Below, piece by piece: positions 1-12,830 of a DNA stretch of 64,000 bases. This DNA is from Octopus sinensis (Eukaryota): positions 19,976,464 through 20,040,463 of the forward strand of contig NC_043011.1 of NCBI RefSeq assembly GCF_006345805.1. Reading direction: 5' to 3'. The position numbers and the translations under genes were made by a program. The notes below the pieces were generated by a model. The model did no database searches. It had not been told where the DNA came from and saw only the letters and a list, made by a program, of their open reading frames with translations. How positions within the stretch are numbered: the stretch's first letter is position 1; every line of letters starts with the position of its first letter.

Positions 1-479
1 CAGCATAATCGCAGGCTAATGAGTGATACAAGTGAGAGATAAAAGAAATACAATGTTAAAATCCAAGGTATCAAGCCATCGAACGACTTAAAGGTGCTAA
101 TGCCACTAGTAACTACGCATTCACCACTTCCACCAGAGGGCGCATTGAAATAACTGTATATTTAACAGATATTACCAAAAGCGAAGATCATTCCCCAGCA
201 CATATTCTTTTAACACTGGTATCATTCTATCAGTTTCTTTTGCCAAACCGTTAGCTTCCGGGAGGCAAACACACCAACACATGTTGTAAAGCGGCAAAGG
301 CCTGGCGGAAAGAACTCACAACGTAGCAACAGAAGAAATACCGTTAAGCAAACAATTCTGCCCGCACGCCATAATAATAATAATAATAATAAGCAGAAGG
401 TACCAGAACAAACAAGACTGAACGTCCTGAGAAGTAAAGCTATAATAATGTCTAATTATGATATAAAACCAGCTTTAGT

Positions 480-730
480 CACCCAGCTCCCAAAGAATGA
501 AAGGCAAGTTTGACTTCGGCTGGATTTGAATAATGGTTTCCGTTTTCAGTACATGACCAGTTTTGAGAAGGGCTGTAAAATGATACTATTGGCACTAGAC
601 ACGAACGGCCATTTATTTTAACCCATCCCGGAAGATGAAAGATATAGACGACCTTGGTAGGATTTGAACTTAGAAAGATTACTTGCTGGAACAAATACCG
701 CAAAGCAACTTTTTTTACGACGTGATAACG
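480..730 (-). mobile_element. Two degraded tandem copies of the tRNA-derived MetaSINE-like family
   Basis: gaatgaaaggcaagtttgacttcggctggatttgaa and gatgaaagatatagacgaccttggtaggatttgaacttagaa match the minus strand of the SINE core seen intact elsewhere (ggatgaaaggcaaagtcgacctcggcggaatttgaactcagaa). Confidence 0.7.
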
Positions 731-3700
731 AAGTAGAAGAAGGAGAAGAAAAAGAAGAAGAATAGTCTTCATATATTTTGCTGTATATTTTTACAGTACA
801 CTTGCAATCGAAAATACATAAAGGTTGGTTTGTGAGGATAAATGGCGTATTCAAATTACCGGGATTGGTGAAAAGTTCTACGTATAAATGCTATACATTC
901 AAATATATTTCTATAGCATTATTGCTCCTTCATATTCAGAATTCCCTGAATTATATTGTTTGTATTTAGGTTTTGCGTTTTTTTTTTCTTTACTGGAGTG
1001 ATAACCGGTTGTTAAATGCTGCGTTAACTAATGCTATTTGGCAGATTTATACAATAAGATCAACAGAGAAGTTTACAAGGAGACGATAATCTGAAGATAT
1101 TTGGCTTCACACTGAGCTGGCTATGGAAATATGTCAAATAGTACTGTTCTTTAACAGATCATTGCATCTCATTTTTGCTTAAATGAATGCAGGCTGCATG
1201 ATTAGCAGGGACACAGCAAAATCTTATGAAATGGAATTAATGGAGGAATACTGTTGTTGAAGTTGAATTATTATTGCAATTGCTGTTGTTGTTTTGTTGT
1301 TATTTTATCGAGAGAATTGCCGTACTGAACTTTTTCTGTTGCTGCCAACATAGGAACGTTGTCAGATTACTGTCCCCTTTCGCAAGATAAATATTGGAGA
1401 TAAAGTTGAAATGATATTGTTTTTCTACTCCACTGGAAGATACTGATTCCATTGGTCTGTGACTCATCCACGAGGGTAAATGTGTGTAGCCATGGCAAGT
1501 TTTTCTTGTTAAATGAGGTTGATAGTATTAAACTATTAAAATTAGATGTGAGCTTCGGGAAAGGTGTAATAATATTATATAAACCTTTGTGCAAAAGTAT
1601 CAAGTATAATGAAACGATAGCAACGATTCGAGTTAGACAGATGGTTGATCGAATGATGTTGGTACACAACTTGATAATCCAAAGTAAAACAGATACAGGT
1701 TGGTAAGGTAACAGAGAGAAGGTAGACTCGGAGTGTTAATCTTGAGACAAGCTATTCAGTCCGATTAATTCCTTTGTATTATATCTGCAAAATTTCAGCT
1801 ACAAGTTAAAATAATCCATCAGGAAATTAACATAAGCCTAAAACAAATAAAAAATATTCGTGGGGCACATTTGTATTCCTTTATCAAAGTCATGAAACCC
1901 TATTTCTAATTGCTTTTGTTGTTTTGGAGTAGCTTAAAGAAAGCTCTGAATGAGGTAAAGTTTACTTCAACTACCTAAACGTATCAGTTATATATAGCTG
2001 AAGCCTTCAGTATCGTACCTGTGTGAGAGTATCTTGATGCCTATCGATCCTGTTGCACACGTCTGTCATAGGCGGTTAAAAATTTATATTTCAGTTTTTT
2101 TTTTATGTTACATACTTAAACGTGCTATATTCCCCAATTTTTTTTTTTTTTGTGACCCATGAAATATTTTCAAACATTTTATTTTTGTAAACCACAAGTA
2201 CTATATTGCGTTGTACGCATTTAACTTACAATATTTTACGGAAGATAAAATATACGATATATAGTTCATCTACACTATTAATAAAAAGAAAAACTAACGG
2301 CTTCGTTTCTAAATTCTTTCAGTTTGGTTTGTCGAAACGTTCATTTTGATTTACCAAAACTAACACCTACCACATTTATTTGGCAAACCTTCAACGTTTG
2401 TTTGCCAGAAGTATGAAAGCAAATCCTTTCGTATTTACAAGACTCCAGCACTTAACAGTGTGCCTATATTTCGTTTCGCAAGGTAGATTCTGTAAATGTT
2501 GTTTTAAATTTTAACTGCACTATGTGTCCCATTTTAACCCCAATATGTCTCACATTCACGACAAAGTTCGAGCAATTTTGCTGTATTCGTTAATTGTGGA
2601 TTGGCGTTCATAAAATAACAAAACAAAAATAATGTTTAATGTTATTTCCACACTAATCTCACATTTAATATTTGCCACGCACATAATCTTAATTCAAATG
2701 CAGGAAATAAATAAATAAAAATCAAACTTGTCTAAACAGCAGTGTGTCTATAATAGGTACGTGATAACATCTAAAAATACCAGTAACGCGCCCCTCAAGG
2801 TGTTTCACCCCTCGCTTGCCCCACACAAAAGAAAAAGAAATGTATCACAATAGCAAGCTTTTAAAAGAAGTACTTTTCTATGGTGTTGGTGATAGTTAAA
2901 TCATTACAAGTTTACAAAGAGCATAGGAATTCAAAAATTCAAAACATTGTAATATCAAACGAATTTCATTTCAACTTGAGAAGTCACCGACGCCAACAGA
3001 TATTTCTTTTGTCCATGTTACCTTACAACCTCAATATATGGGCCCACAATATCGGCGTATGGTGTGAAAAACGTATTGCCCTCTGCAAAAGAGCGTGATA
3101 TCTTCCGAACATTATTTCAAACCATCGTATATTTTAATAAAATTCTTTGTTAGGTAAATAACTTTCGTCTGAGATATGCAATGTATATTTTTATAAATAT
3201 ATTCAACTCCACAACACAGACTTCACAGGGAAACAAACATATCACTATAATAATGGTAAGTACTATACAATTATTTTAACAAAAATAGTTTTGCATCATT
3301 CATTATGCTACTTGAAGTACTTGAGGAACAGTCTGTAAAAGCAATTATGAATGTTTCAGTATCATTGTGCAACTGTAACTTTTTTCTTTTTTCTAATTTA
3401 CATTGATTGTCATAATTACTAAAGTGAGGAGAACATTTCTGAGACTGAACATTTCATGGCCTTCAGTACGATGTCAAGCGAATATTTTTGGTTATAGATT
3501 TTAACCTTTCGAAATGTCTCAGTGAAAGATTTCCATTCTTTAAATGCACGGCATACAAAATAAGATCAATTTTCGGGTCTAGTTTTCTATACGATTCATT
3601 GTTTTCGATTAAGATCCTGACAAAAGCAAATCTTGGAGCTTGGCATATTGATGATAATCTTCATGCATGAAATCTAGTGCACAACATACCACAATAGTTC

Positions 3701-3902
3701 TAAGATTATCGGGTAATTATTCTGCATGAAGAAATATATAGTTTTATGCATTATTTTAAAAGAAAGCAAATATCTGGTATATGATCTTCATGCATATATA
3801 TATATGCTTATATATATATGTATATATATATATATATTTACATGGATATATATATATACGCATATATATATATATATATATGGATATATATGTATATTTA
3901 TA

Positions 3903-4395
3903 TACGAAGTGATATGAAAGAGTTCTTGGACTAGTTCTGTTCTGTAACGCACCAACAGATGGCGGCACACGGTTCCATACTCAGTGAGAGCTAGCAGGGA
4001 TCTTCACGAGGCAGTGTGCCGAGTGACATCGCTGTTTTTACTTCGTAAGTTGTGAAATTTATGTTTTTGTGATCAGGTTTGTGTGTAATCCCCGATTTTG
4101 TCATGGACAAGAACAAAGGGGCATCGTGAAATTCAGCGTTAAGCATGCGATGTCTGCTACAGAGATTTTTGAGCGTGCTACAGCAAGCTTACGGGGACGA
4201 GGTGATGGCTTGTACGCAACTTTTCGAATGGCACAGGCGCTTCAAAAGCGGAAGAACTTCCCTAGAAGACGATGAGTGATCTGGAAGATCTGTCAACCCC
4301 GGAAATGTGTTATTGTTCCTCGAAAATTCGTCCTACAGGGCCAGACCGTCAATTTAGATTTCTACTTCGAAGTTTTAAACGACATTCGGCGAAAG
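3903..4395 (+). mobile_element. Internally deleted mariner (DD34D-type) transposon fossil
   Basis: Frameshifted translation EQRGIVKF..KHAMSATEIFE/LQQAYGDEVMACTQLFEWHRRFKSGRTSLEDDE*SGR (mariner HTH), followed by a fragment resembling FVPQGQTVN..FYLEVL. Confidence 0.8.
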
Positions 4396-4520
4396 CAAAT
4401 AGATTGCATCATAATCATTAAAATTTCTTTAAATCAGAAATTATAATTTCAAATTATTTAGTAATTCTTATAATGTGAATATTTAATACTTAGTAGACAT
4501 GCCTTTTGCATTATTTAATA

Positions 4521-4934
4521 GGCGCAGGAGTGGCTATGTAGTAAGTAGCTTGTTTACCAACTACATGGTTCCGGGTTCAGTCCCACTGCGTGGCACCTTG
4601 GGAAAGTGTCTTCTACAATAGCCTCGGGCCGACCAAAGACTTGTGAGTGGATTTGGTAGACGGAAACTGAAAAAAGCTTGTCGTGTATATGTATATATGT
4701 GTATATATGCGTGTGCGTGTATGTTTGTGTTGGTCCCGCTAGCATTGCTTGACAACCGATGCTGGTGTGTTTATGTCCCCGTCACTTAGCGGTTCGGCAA
4801 AAAGACACCGATAAAATAAGTACTGGGCTTACAAAGAATAAGTCCCGGGGTCGAGTTGCTCGATTAAAGGCAGTGCTCCATCATGGCCGCAGTCAAATGA
4901 CTGAAACAAGTAAAAGAGTAAAAGAGTACAGAGT
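4521..4934 (+). mobile_element. tRNA-derived SINE, family A (ggcgcaggagtggct... head, internal microsatellite, aaagagt tail)
   Basis: A-box/B-box-like head (tggctatgtag...ggttcagtccc); same body at 11222, 21812 and 49100. Confidence 0.85.
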
Positions 4935-5279
4935 AGGGTCCTATTAGGCACGTTACTCATCACATGAATATTCTCTTGCGGGATTTCTTGCAAGGTTCAT
5001 GCAGTAATCTCAAATGATCTGGCTTTGAAGATACTTATATTTTGAAGAATTTCGGCACTCAGAAATTCGGATGGTTTTATATTTACAGATATTTATTTGT
5101 ATATTACATGCTTTTATACATCATATATCATATATTATAGCGCTTTCGTCCATTCTAGTGGAGTTTCCAAATTGAATTAAGTTCTTGTGGAAAACTTTGA
5201 CCATGTTTACAGTGTTATTGAGTGTGTAGTGGTCAGGAGGGATATAAGATAATACAAGAGAGTGATGACTGGGGAAAAA

Positions 5280-5745
5280 GTGAGAGAGAGAGAGCATGTG
5301 TGTGCGTGTGTTTGTATCTGAAAAGAGTGTTAAAGAAAAAGAAGGAAATGAAGGAAAGGGAGAGAAAGAAGAAAAAATTGTTTTGTTGGTCTCTTTTGTA
5401 GCTGGTCAGGATGTTTACTCCAAGGGGGGTAAAGTGTCATTTTTCGAAAAAATTTTCTGGATTTCTTTTTTATCATTGTCTAGTGAGAGAGAGAGAGAGT
5501 GTGTGTGTGTGTGCGTGTGTGTGTGTGTGTGTGTGTTTGAATCTAAAAGGGGTATTAAATAAAAAGAAGGAAAGGAGGAAGAATGGTAGAAATTTTGTTG
5601 ATAGTTGTTTGTCAAAAATAATTCTTGGCTTACAGTGATTGTAAATCCAGCTGTATGTATTTCCTTTTCATCATTGTCTTGTGAGAGTGTGTGTGTGTGT
5701 CTGTGTTTTTGTATCTGAAAACAGTGGTAAGGAGGAATGGTCAAG
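5280..5745. repeat. Degenerate ~200-bp tandem repeat with (GA)n(GT)n cores, about 2.5 copies
   Basis: The motif tcattgtct.gtgagag..(gt)n..gtttg(t/a)atct(g/a)aaa.. recurs at about 5285, 5475 and 5670. Confidence 0.6.
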
Positions 5746-5769
5746 TTATTAAAAATAACCAGTCATTGG

Positions 5770-5803
<34 letters not shown>

Positions 5804-5814
5804 GGGTAAACACA

Positions 5815-5955
5815 TAGTCGTTGGCATTAGGAAGGGCATCCAGCTGTAGAAACACTGCCAGATCAGACTGGAGCTTGGTGCAGCCTCCTGGCTTCCCAGG
5901 CCCCAGTCTAACCATTCAAACTATTCCAGCATGGAAAATGGAATTAAACAATGAT
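5815..5955 (+). mobile_element. 3' tail fragment of an RTE-related LINE/SINE
   Basis: gttggcattaggaagggcatccagctgtagaaac...ccagcatggaaaatgga.ttaaacaatgatg resembles RTE-type 3' ends. Confidence 0.5.
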
Positions 5956-6484
5956 GCCTTAACTATGCACAGGTCAATTAGAAAAACGATGAGTAGTAAA
6001 CAATTGGATTGTCTTTTGGTACCAAAAGATTGAAGAAAGAGAGTAGAGAAGGTTAGGGAAGAGCAAGTAGGAAGAAAGATAGAGTGCAGAGAAATAAGGG
6101 AATAAAAATAGAGAGTAGGTAGTTGATAGCGATGGACAGAGGAAGAAATGGAAGGCAGTAAAATAAGAAAAGCAGCAGATAGGTAGAGAGGTAGATAGAT
6201 GGGAGAGAATGACAGAGAAATAGATGGAAAAGAGAGACAGTCTTGCACCAAATATTGAAAATTGTATAGGGTACCACTGAGTGGGAACAGAAGTGTGTGA
6301 CATTATATTCACAAACAGCCATAAAATGTTGCAAAGAAAGTGAACACACGCACATATATAAGGATGAAAGAAATTGTTGCATACAGTGCTCAGGTGAACT
6401 ACAACTAAAAAGAAAAAATGGCCATCAGGTGTACTGTTGGCCGATTTCAGGACACATGTTAATTTTGAAGGATTTAGTGTAGTT

Positions 6485-8245
6485 TTCGACCAACATTCGA
6501 GGAAGTTTAAAAAATCTCGAAACTTTCCATGAAATACTCGGAATTTCCAGGAAGATTCCGACCAATTTTGCTGGAAGTCGGGGAAACCCCGGAATTTCCG
6601 TGATATCTCTGGAATTTTCCAGGATGTTTCTGACGAAATTTCCACGAAATTGGGAAATCCTCGGAACATTGCAGGGTGTTTCCGACAATTTCCAAGAAAT
6701 TGGGAAACCCTGGATATTTCCATGAAATCCACGGAAAATTCCAGAGCGTTCCGACCAATTTTCCAGGAAATTGGGAAAACCCCAGAACTTTCCATGAAAT
6801 CCTCGGGACTTTCGAGGATGTTTCCGAACAATTTTCGAGGAAATTGGGAAATCCCCGGATTGGCACCTTGCAAGAAACCTCGGAGATTTCCAGGATCTCT
6901 ACGACCAGGATGTTGTGAAATCGCGGGAACTTTCCATGAAATACTCGGAAATTTCGGAGCTTTCCAGGATGTTTCCGACCAATATTCAATGAAGTCGGGG
7001 AACCCACGGAATTTCCAGGAAGTTTCCGATGAATTTTCCATGAAATTGGGAAATCGTACGAACCTTCCATGAAACCCCCGGAACGTTCCAGCGTGTTCCG
7101 ACGAATTTTCCCGAAAATTGGGAAATCCCCGGAAATTCCCCTGAAATACACGGAACTTTCCAGGGTCTCTCCGACCAATTTCCCATGATTTTGGGAAATC
7201 CCGGGAACTTTCCATGAAATGCTCGGAAGTTTCCAGGATGTTTCCGGCCAATTTTTCACAGAATTTGGAAATCCCCGGAACTTTCCATGAAATCCTCCGA
7301 ACATTCCAGGATGTTTCAGATCAATTGCCCCTGAACTTTCCATGAAATCCTCCGAAAATTCCAGGATGTTTCAGATCAATTGCCCCGGAAATTTCCGTGA
7401 AATTCTCGTATTTTTCCAGGAAGTTTTCCGACCAATTTCCAAGGGAGTTGGTGGATCCCCGTACCTTTCCATGAAATCCACGGAACTTTCCAGGGTGTTT
7501 CCAACCAATTTTCCAGGAAATTAGGGAATTCACGGAAATTTCCATGAAACCCTTGAAATTTCCAGGATCTTTCCGACCAAATTGCCCGGAAAGTTGGCAA
7601 ACCTTGGAACTTCCCAGGAAATCCTCGGAATTTTCCAGGATATTTCCCGACCAATTTTCAAGGAAATGGGAAATCCCCGGAACCTTCTATGGTGTTTCTG
7701 ACCCATTTTCCAGCAAGTTGGTAGATCCCGGCACTTTCCAAGAGACATCGGTACTTTCCATGATATTTCCGACCAATTTTCCAGAAAATTAGGAAATCCT
7801 AGGAGCTTTCCAAGATGTTTCCGACCAATTCTCCAGGAAATTGGGGAATCCCCGGAAATTCCTATGAAATCCTCGGAACTTTCCATGATGTTTCCGACCA
7901 ATTTTCCAGGTAATTGGGAAACCCCCGGAACTTTCTAGTATCTTTCATACCAATTTCCAAGAAATTCCGAGATCCCCGGAAATTTCCATGAAAGCCTCGG
8001 AACTTTCCAGTGTTTCCAATCAATTTTCCTGGGTGTTGGTTAATCTCCGGAACTTTCCATGGAATCCTCGGAACTTTCCGGGGAGTTTCCTATCAATTTC
8101 CCAGGAAGTGGATGGACCCCGGAACTTTCCATGGTATCCTCGGAACTTTCCAATATCTTTCCGACCAATTTTCCAGGAAGTTATAAAAAAAGTTATAAAA
8201 TCCTCGAAACTTTCGAGGAAGTACCCTACAATTTTTTTAGGAAAT
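6485..8245. repeat. Diverged tandem satellite, ~73-bp unit (with ~52-bp variants) built from GGAA(A/C)TTTCC-like subunits
   Basis: The ccgaccaatt-like anchor recurs at 6558, 6630, 6682, 6751, 6824, 6901, 6975, 7026, 7098, 7171, 7244 and 7317 (spacings about 72, 52, 69, 73, 77, 74, 51, 72, 73, 73, 73). Confidence 0.95.
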
Positions 8246-8622
8246 AATGATAGTACTGCAGCCATTCTTATTTTGTTCATGTGTTTACATCCACCTATTA
8301 TTATCATTACATATGCTTGTATGTATGTATGTATGTATAACAACAATACTAGTAATAATAATAATAAATTGAATCGAAAAAAAAATATATATATATAAGA
8401 ATAAACTAAAACAACAAAAACAAAAACAACATACAAATTACAAATTACATGAACATATATAAACAGAAGATACAAATATTACAGGCATCCCCCACATACA
8501 CACACTAAATAAACATAAACTCACATAGAGATATAAGCATGCGCAAATCAAGACATACAATAGAAATACAAAATGGCTGACGGTTAGTAAGGAGAGACAC
8601 AAATAAGAAAGAAGAATACAAA

Positions 8623-8667
8623 GGACCACTGATGCGGTCACAGGAGTGTGACGAAAGAACTCTGGCC
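8623..8667 (+). ncRNA. Type I hammerhead ribozyme motif, degenerate (A9>C)
   Basis: ggacca CTGATGC g gtcac aggagt gtgac GAAA gaac T C tggcc: stem I cca/tgg (+gg/cc), 5-bp stem II, stem III AG-AA-CU; about 90 bp upstream of (TA)n. Confidence 0.6.
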
Positions 8668-8754
8668 GAAATAAGATTAAGATTAATGTAACACCAAATA
8701 TATAGTGCGTGTGTTTTTATTGGCTAAACTGGCAAAATGACCATTCCGAAATAT

Positions 8755-8796
<42 letters not shown>

Positions 8797-8809
8797 CCCA
8801 TCGGATGCT

Positions 8810-9050
8810 TCAAATGACATAGGCAAGTTTGAAGATTGCCTCACAAGAATTTTTAAAATCCTCATGAATCTAGAACACCACGTGACTATATTTCTTTTGG
8901 GTGATTTCAACTTCCCCAACGTCAAAAGGCCCAAAGGTCTCATATTTTCAGAAATGAATCATTGCAAGCCAGTACAGGTGGAGTCCAAGTTTTATCTTGA
9001 AATCGCTAGTGATAACAATACTCAAAATATATAACAGACTCGAATTGTAG
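8810..9050 (+). mobile_element. LINE AP-endonuclease fragment (CR1/L2/Jockey-like)
   Basis: Translation IGKFEDCLTRIFKILMNLEHHVTIFLLGDFNFPNV...EIASDNNTQNI*QTR contains the GDFN motif and a degraded Q-I-x-x-PTR-like motif. Confidence 0.7.
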
Positions 9051-9496
9051 GCTCGTCTGTTGCAATTTCGATCAATTGGATCTTGTCCTCCCGCTTGTAT
9101 AGAAGTGTTCGGCTGCAGCGAAATTCATTTTTGAACTTTCTTCTATCAAAGTCATTTTTTTTAAATGCTTCCCTAATGATGGTGAAAATATTGTCAATTT
9201 CCCCAAACAGGGACACAATTCAATTTTTAAACAATAACCAAAAGTGGGAGGGTTACGGTTTACAATTATTTAACAAATGCAACACAACAACGTTTCCCTG
9301 ACGAGGAACCAACAAACGTGATTACAATAGTCAAACAGTAATAATAATAGCAACAAACCTTTTTAATTTATCCCCATTTATGTGAAACCACTTATTCAAG
9401 TTCAAGTCATTGATGCAATTTTATTCGAATTGCTAATACGCACACACATAATAAGGGTGAAAAATTGAATATTAATTTGATTATATGAATTGAAAA

Positions 9497-9867
9497 CCAG
9501 TGGTTTAGCATATAAGACCATAGCGGATCTTCTTCTAGCAAAATGGATGACCACTGTTAATGGTTCATCCCTGATATATAATACCTTCACTTTAATAGTT
9601 TCAGTATTAAAGTGAATGTCTGCATTACAATAGAGAGATGTTTTTGTTTCACTTTTAACACGTAATACTGAAATAGTGGAGAAGATATGATATTGCTGCG
9701 GAGTCGCCCTAGGGAAAAAGTTAAAATTGTTTGGCCGATGACACTGCCCGTACCTTAAGTAAGGCATGTGTAAAATTTGAATGAAATTGGTAGTGTAGTT
9801 TTCAAGTTTTAGGGAAACACACAGAGAGACAGACAAACACACGTTCTCAGTTTTATATATAGAGAGA
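9497..9867 (-). mobile_element. Probable non-autonomous Helitron
   Basis: The minus strand starts A|TCTCTCTATATATAAAACTGAG and ends CACTGG|T (TC...CTRR between A and T); a clear subterminal hairpin is not visible. Confidence 0.5.
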
Positions 9868-9996
9868 TAACCATCGCTCATCGTCTCTTTTTAACCAAAT
9901 CCAGTGGCTAGCCTTTTCCACTGTAGTTTGGATATCGGTCATGGTGGTATTTATTTTACGATGAGCTAAGTCTAACAATAACAACGGTTGTCTCAC

Positions 9997-10188
9997 ATTC
10001 TGTCCAATGATCTCTCTACATCAGACTTCGATTGGAAAATGCTCTGCTTTCCAGCCCGTGTCTTCACAGCAGTATAAATTTCCTTCACTATATATTTTCT
10101 TTCCTGCATCCAATGCTGAAATCCCATCATAGAAGGATACGTACATAAACTTCTATCGGTAGTAATATTAAAGTCAAACATGTACTCC
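9997..10188 (-). CDS. Candidate internal exon of an unidentified host gene
   Basis: 192 bp, open: EYMFDFNITTDRSLCTYPSMMGFQHWMQERKYIVKEIYTAVKTRAGKQSIFQSKSDVERSLDR; acceptor actgtAG and donor AT|GTGAGA; same phase at both ends; non-repetitive composition. Confidence 0.5.
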
Positions 10189-10654
10189 CTACAGTCAATT
10201 CAGTTGTCTATATATCTCTATATACACCAAAGCTTCATGGTACGTGGCAATTAAGACAATAAATTATATAATAATTCATTGTTATATTTGTTAATCCATT
10301 GCGCTCCAGATTTGCTAGTACATCACTCTCACTAAATTAAATTGATCATATCGATTCCAATATTGGATGCCAGCCTGATATTTATTTCATAGACCCTATT
10401 CACCCGAACGTTCAACTACTCATTTTCACATAATGGGACATATATATTTACCAATTTGCAACTAAAAATAAAAAAGTAACCAGACGCGAATTTCTTATGG
10501 CGTTTGAGAGAAAGCCTTGTAGTATTTGACCCGGTTTTTGCGCTATGAATTTAATCAAAAATCGCCTTTGCTTTTCATCCTTTCAAAGTGTACAAATTTT
10601 AAAAAAATGGCTGTGGATAGACCGGATTTTTAAATAGCGGCGACAATCACACAT

Positions 10655-10775
10655 ACATACACGCACATATACATATGTATATATGTATATTCATACATAC
10701 ATACACACATACATACATACATACATACATACATACATACATACATACATACATACATACATACATACATACATG
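10655..10775. repeat. (CATA)n microsatellite
   Basis: Direct reading. Confidence 0.95.
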
Positions 10776-11029
10776 TATGCTGACAGACGGAATTAGCCGA
10801 TGCCAGGCGATCGAGCAGCTCTTGCTCGTGTAGCGAACGGAAATATGCGAAACTAAACGTTTAGCCTGAGAGATTCTGGATTCGTTAATGCGGAGGTTTC
10901 TTCCCCTGTCAGCGTATGTGAATACATTTACGTTCTTCCCAAAGCACAGACATTATTTTACTCCTATTTTTTACAATGTAGGTGTCTCGACATCTTTAGT
11001 CACATTTTCCTTTATGGTATTTCATATAT

Positions 11030-11055
11030 ATATATGTATATATATATAGAGAGAG

Positions 11056-11152
<97 letters not shown>

Positions 11153-11155
11153 TGG

Positions 11156-11220
<65 letters not shown>
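11030..11220. repeat. Compound (GA)n(GATA)n(TA)n microsatellite
   Basis: Direct reading. Confidence 0.95.
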
Positions 11221-11221
11221 C

Positions 11222-11394
11222 TGTACGAATTGCTGTGTGGTAAGTAGCTTGCTTACGAACCACATGGTTCTGGATTCCGTCTCACTGGGTGGCACCTTGG
11301 GCAAGTGTCTTCTACTATAGCCTCGGCCCAACCAAAGACTTGTGAGTGGATTTGGTAGACGGAAACTGAAAGAAACCCGTCGTATATATGTATG

Positions 11395-11457
<63 letters not shown>

Positions 11458-11675
11458 TTGTGTGTCTGTGTTTGTTCCCACAACATCGCTTGACAACCGA
11501 TGCTGGTGTGTATACGTCCCCGTAACTTAGCGGTTCGGCAAAAGACACCGATAGAATAAGTACTAGGCTTACAAAAAATAAGTCCTGGGGTCGATTTTCT
11601 CGACTAAAGGTGGCGCTCCAGCACGGCCACAGTCAAATGACTGAAATAAGTAAAAGAGTAAAAGGGTAAAGAGTA
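11222..11675 (+). mobile_element. tRNA-derived SINE, family A
   Basis: Colinear with 4521-4934, with an expanded internal (TA)(TG) tract. Confidence 0.85.
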
Positions 11676-11844
11676 TATATATATTATATATATATATATA
11701 TATATAGCAGATGGAACAGAGAGACTCAAGGGACGAAAGTTTTGTGCGTTGTCACTTATCAAGCTCAGAGTTTGATAAATGCTAACGTACTAAACTCCTA
11801 ACCGTAGAGTCACTGTTTTGATTCTACGAAATATATATGTGTAA

Positions 11845-11898
<54 letters not shown>

Positions 11899-12444
11899 CT
11901 GCGTGTGTGACAGGCAGACAGGCAGAAAGAGTGATAGAGTTTCTACTCACAAAGCAGTTGATTGTATTTCCACACTGTAGCGTGCAGTTGATATAATACG
12001 ATCTAGTCACTGTGCGAACCACTTAACTACACAGCTGCGTTTTGCATAGCATACAACTTCTTCAACTGGATTCTACAAAGTTAAATATTTAGCTATCTAA
12101 AAGATAAAACTTTTAAGTGTTTAGCTGGTTTGCTGGCAGCATATCGATTCAGGAAACAGACTCACGCAAAACGTGGTAGTATAACTAATTACATAGATCA
12201 TACATCAAAATATAGAGGATACATATTGACATAACACCGATTTATCACGATTATAATGTTTACAGGAATTGAGTATACGAGTTATCACAGTAAGCTGTTG
12301 TCTTTTAAAATGGATACAATGCTCTCCAAGTGGTTCGTATATCGCCGTCTGATAGATGTTAGACAGTATTCTAAGATCAAAACCATTTAATCGACAAGAA
12401 GCCATTCACCCACCTCTGAATTTTTTTTAAACTGTAAACATTGT

Positions 12445-12830
12445 TTAGCTGCCTTCGTTCGTCTTTATATTCTGAGTTCAAATTCTGCCTAGGTCGACTT
12501 TGCCTTTTATGCTTTATGGATCGATAAAATAATTACCGACTGAGCACTGGTAATCGATTAACCCTGCCCCATATAATGCTGGCCTCGTGACAAAAAATTG
12601 AAATCAGTATGTAACATTCTTAAGGCCGCGAGCTAGCTTTAGGCGTTGAGGTGACAGAATTGTTAGCACGCCGGGCAAAAAACTTCACGGCATTTCGTCG
12701 GTTTTATGTTCAGAGTTCAAATTCCGCCGAAGTCGATTTTGCCTTTCATCCTTTCAGCTGAACACTGGGGTCGCTGTAATCGATTTCTCCTCCTCTCAGA
12801 TTGCTGGCGCTGCACCAAAATTTCAAATCA
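12445..12830 (+). mobile_element. Two adjacent MetaSINE-like copies (family B)
   Basis: ttctgagttcaaattctgcc.aggtcgactttgcctttt and gttcagagttcaaattccgccgaagtcgattttgcctttcatcctttc cores. Confidence 0.75.

Noticed and set aside
479-772. 97-aa ORF that looks like a globular protein exon
   Set aside because: The DNA is two degraded SINE copies read in frame by chance.
1367-1706. Overlapping 100-aa (-) and 84-aa (+) ORFs
   Set aside because: No recognisable motif and no consistent acceptor/donor pair in an open frame on either strand.
5974-7343. Long ORFs of 425 and 278 aa
   Set aside because: They come from the stop-poor satellite; the translations are repetitive and not protein-like.
6485-8245. 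CRISPR-like repeat periodicity
   Set aside because: The whole unit repeats with divergence, there are no unique spacers or cas genes, and the context is eukaryotic.
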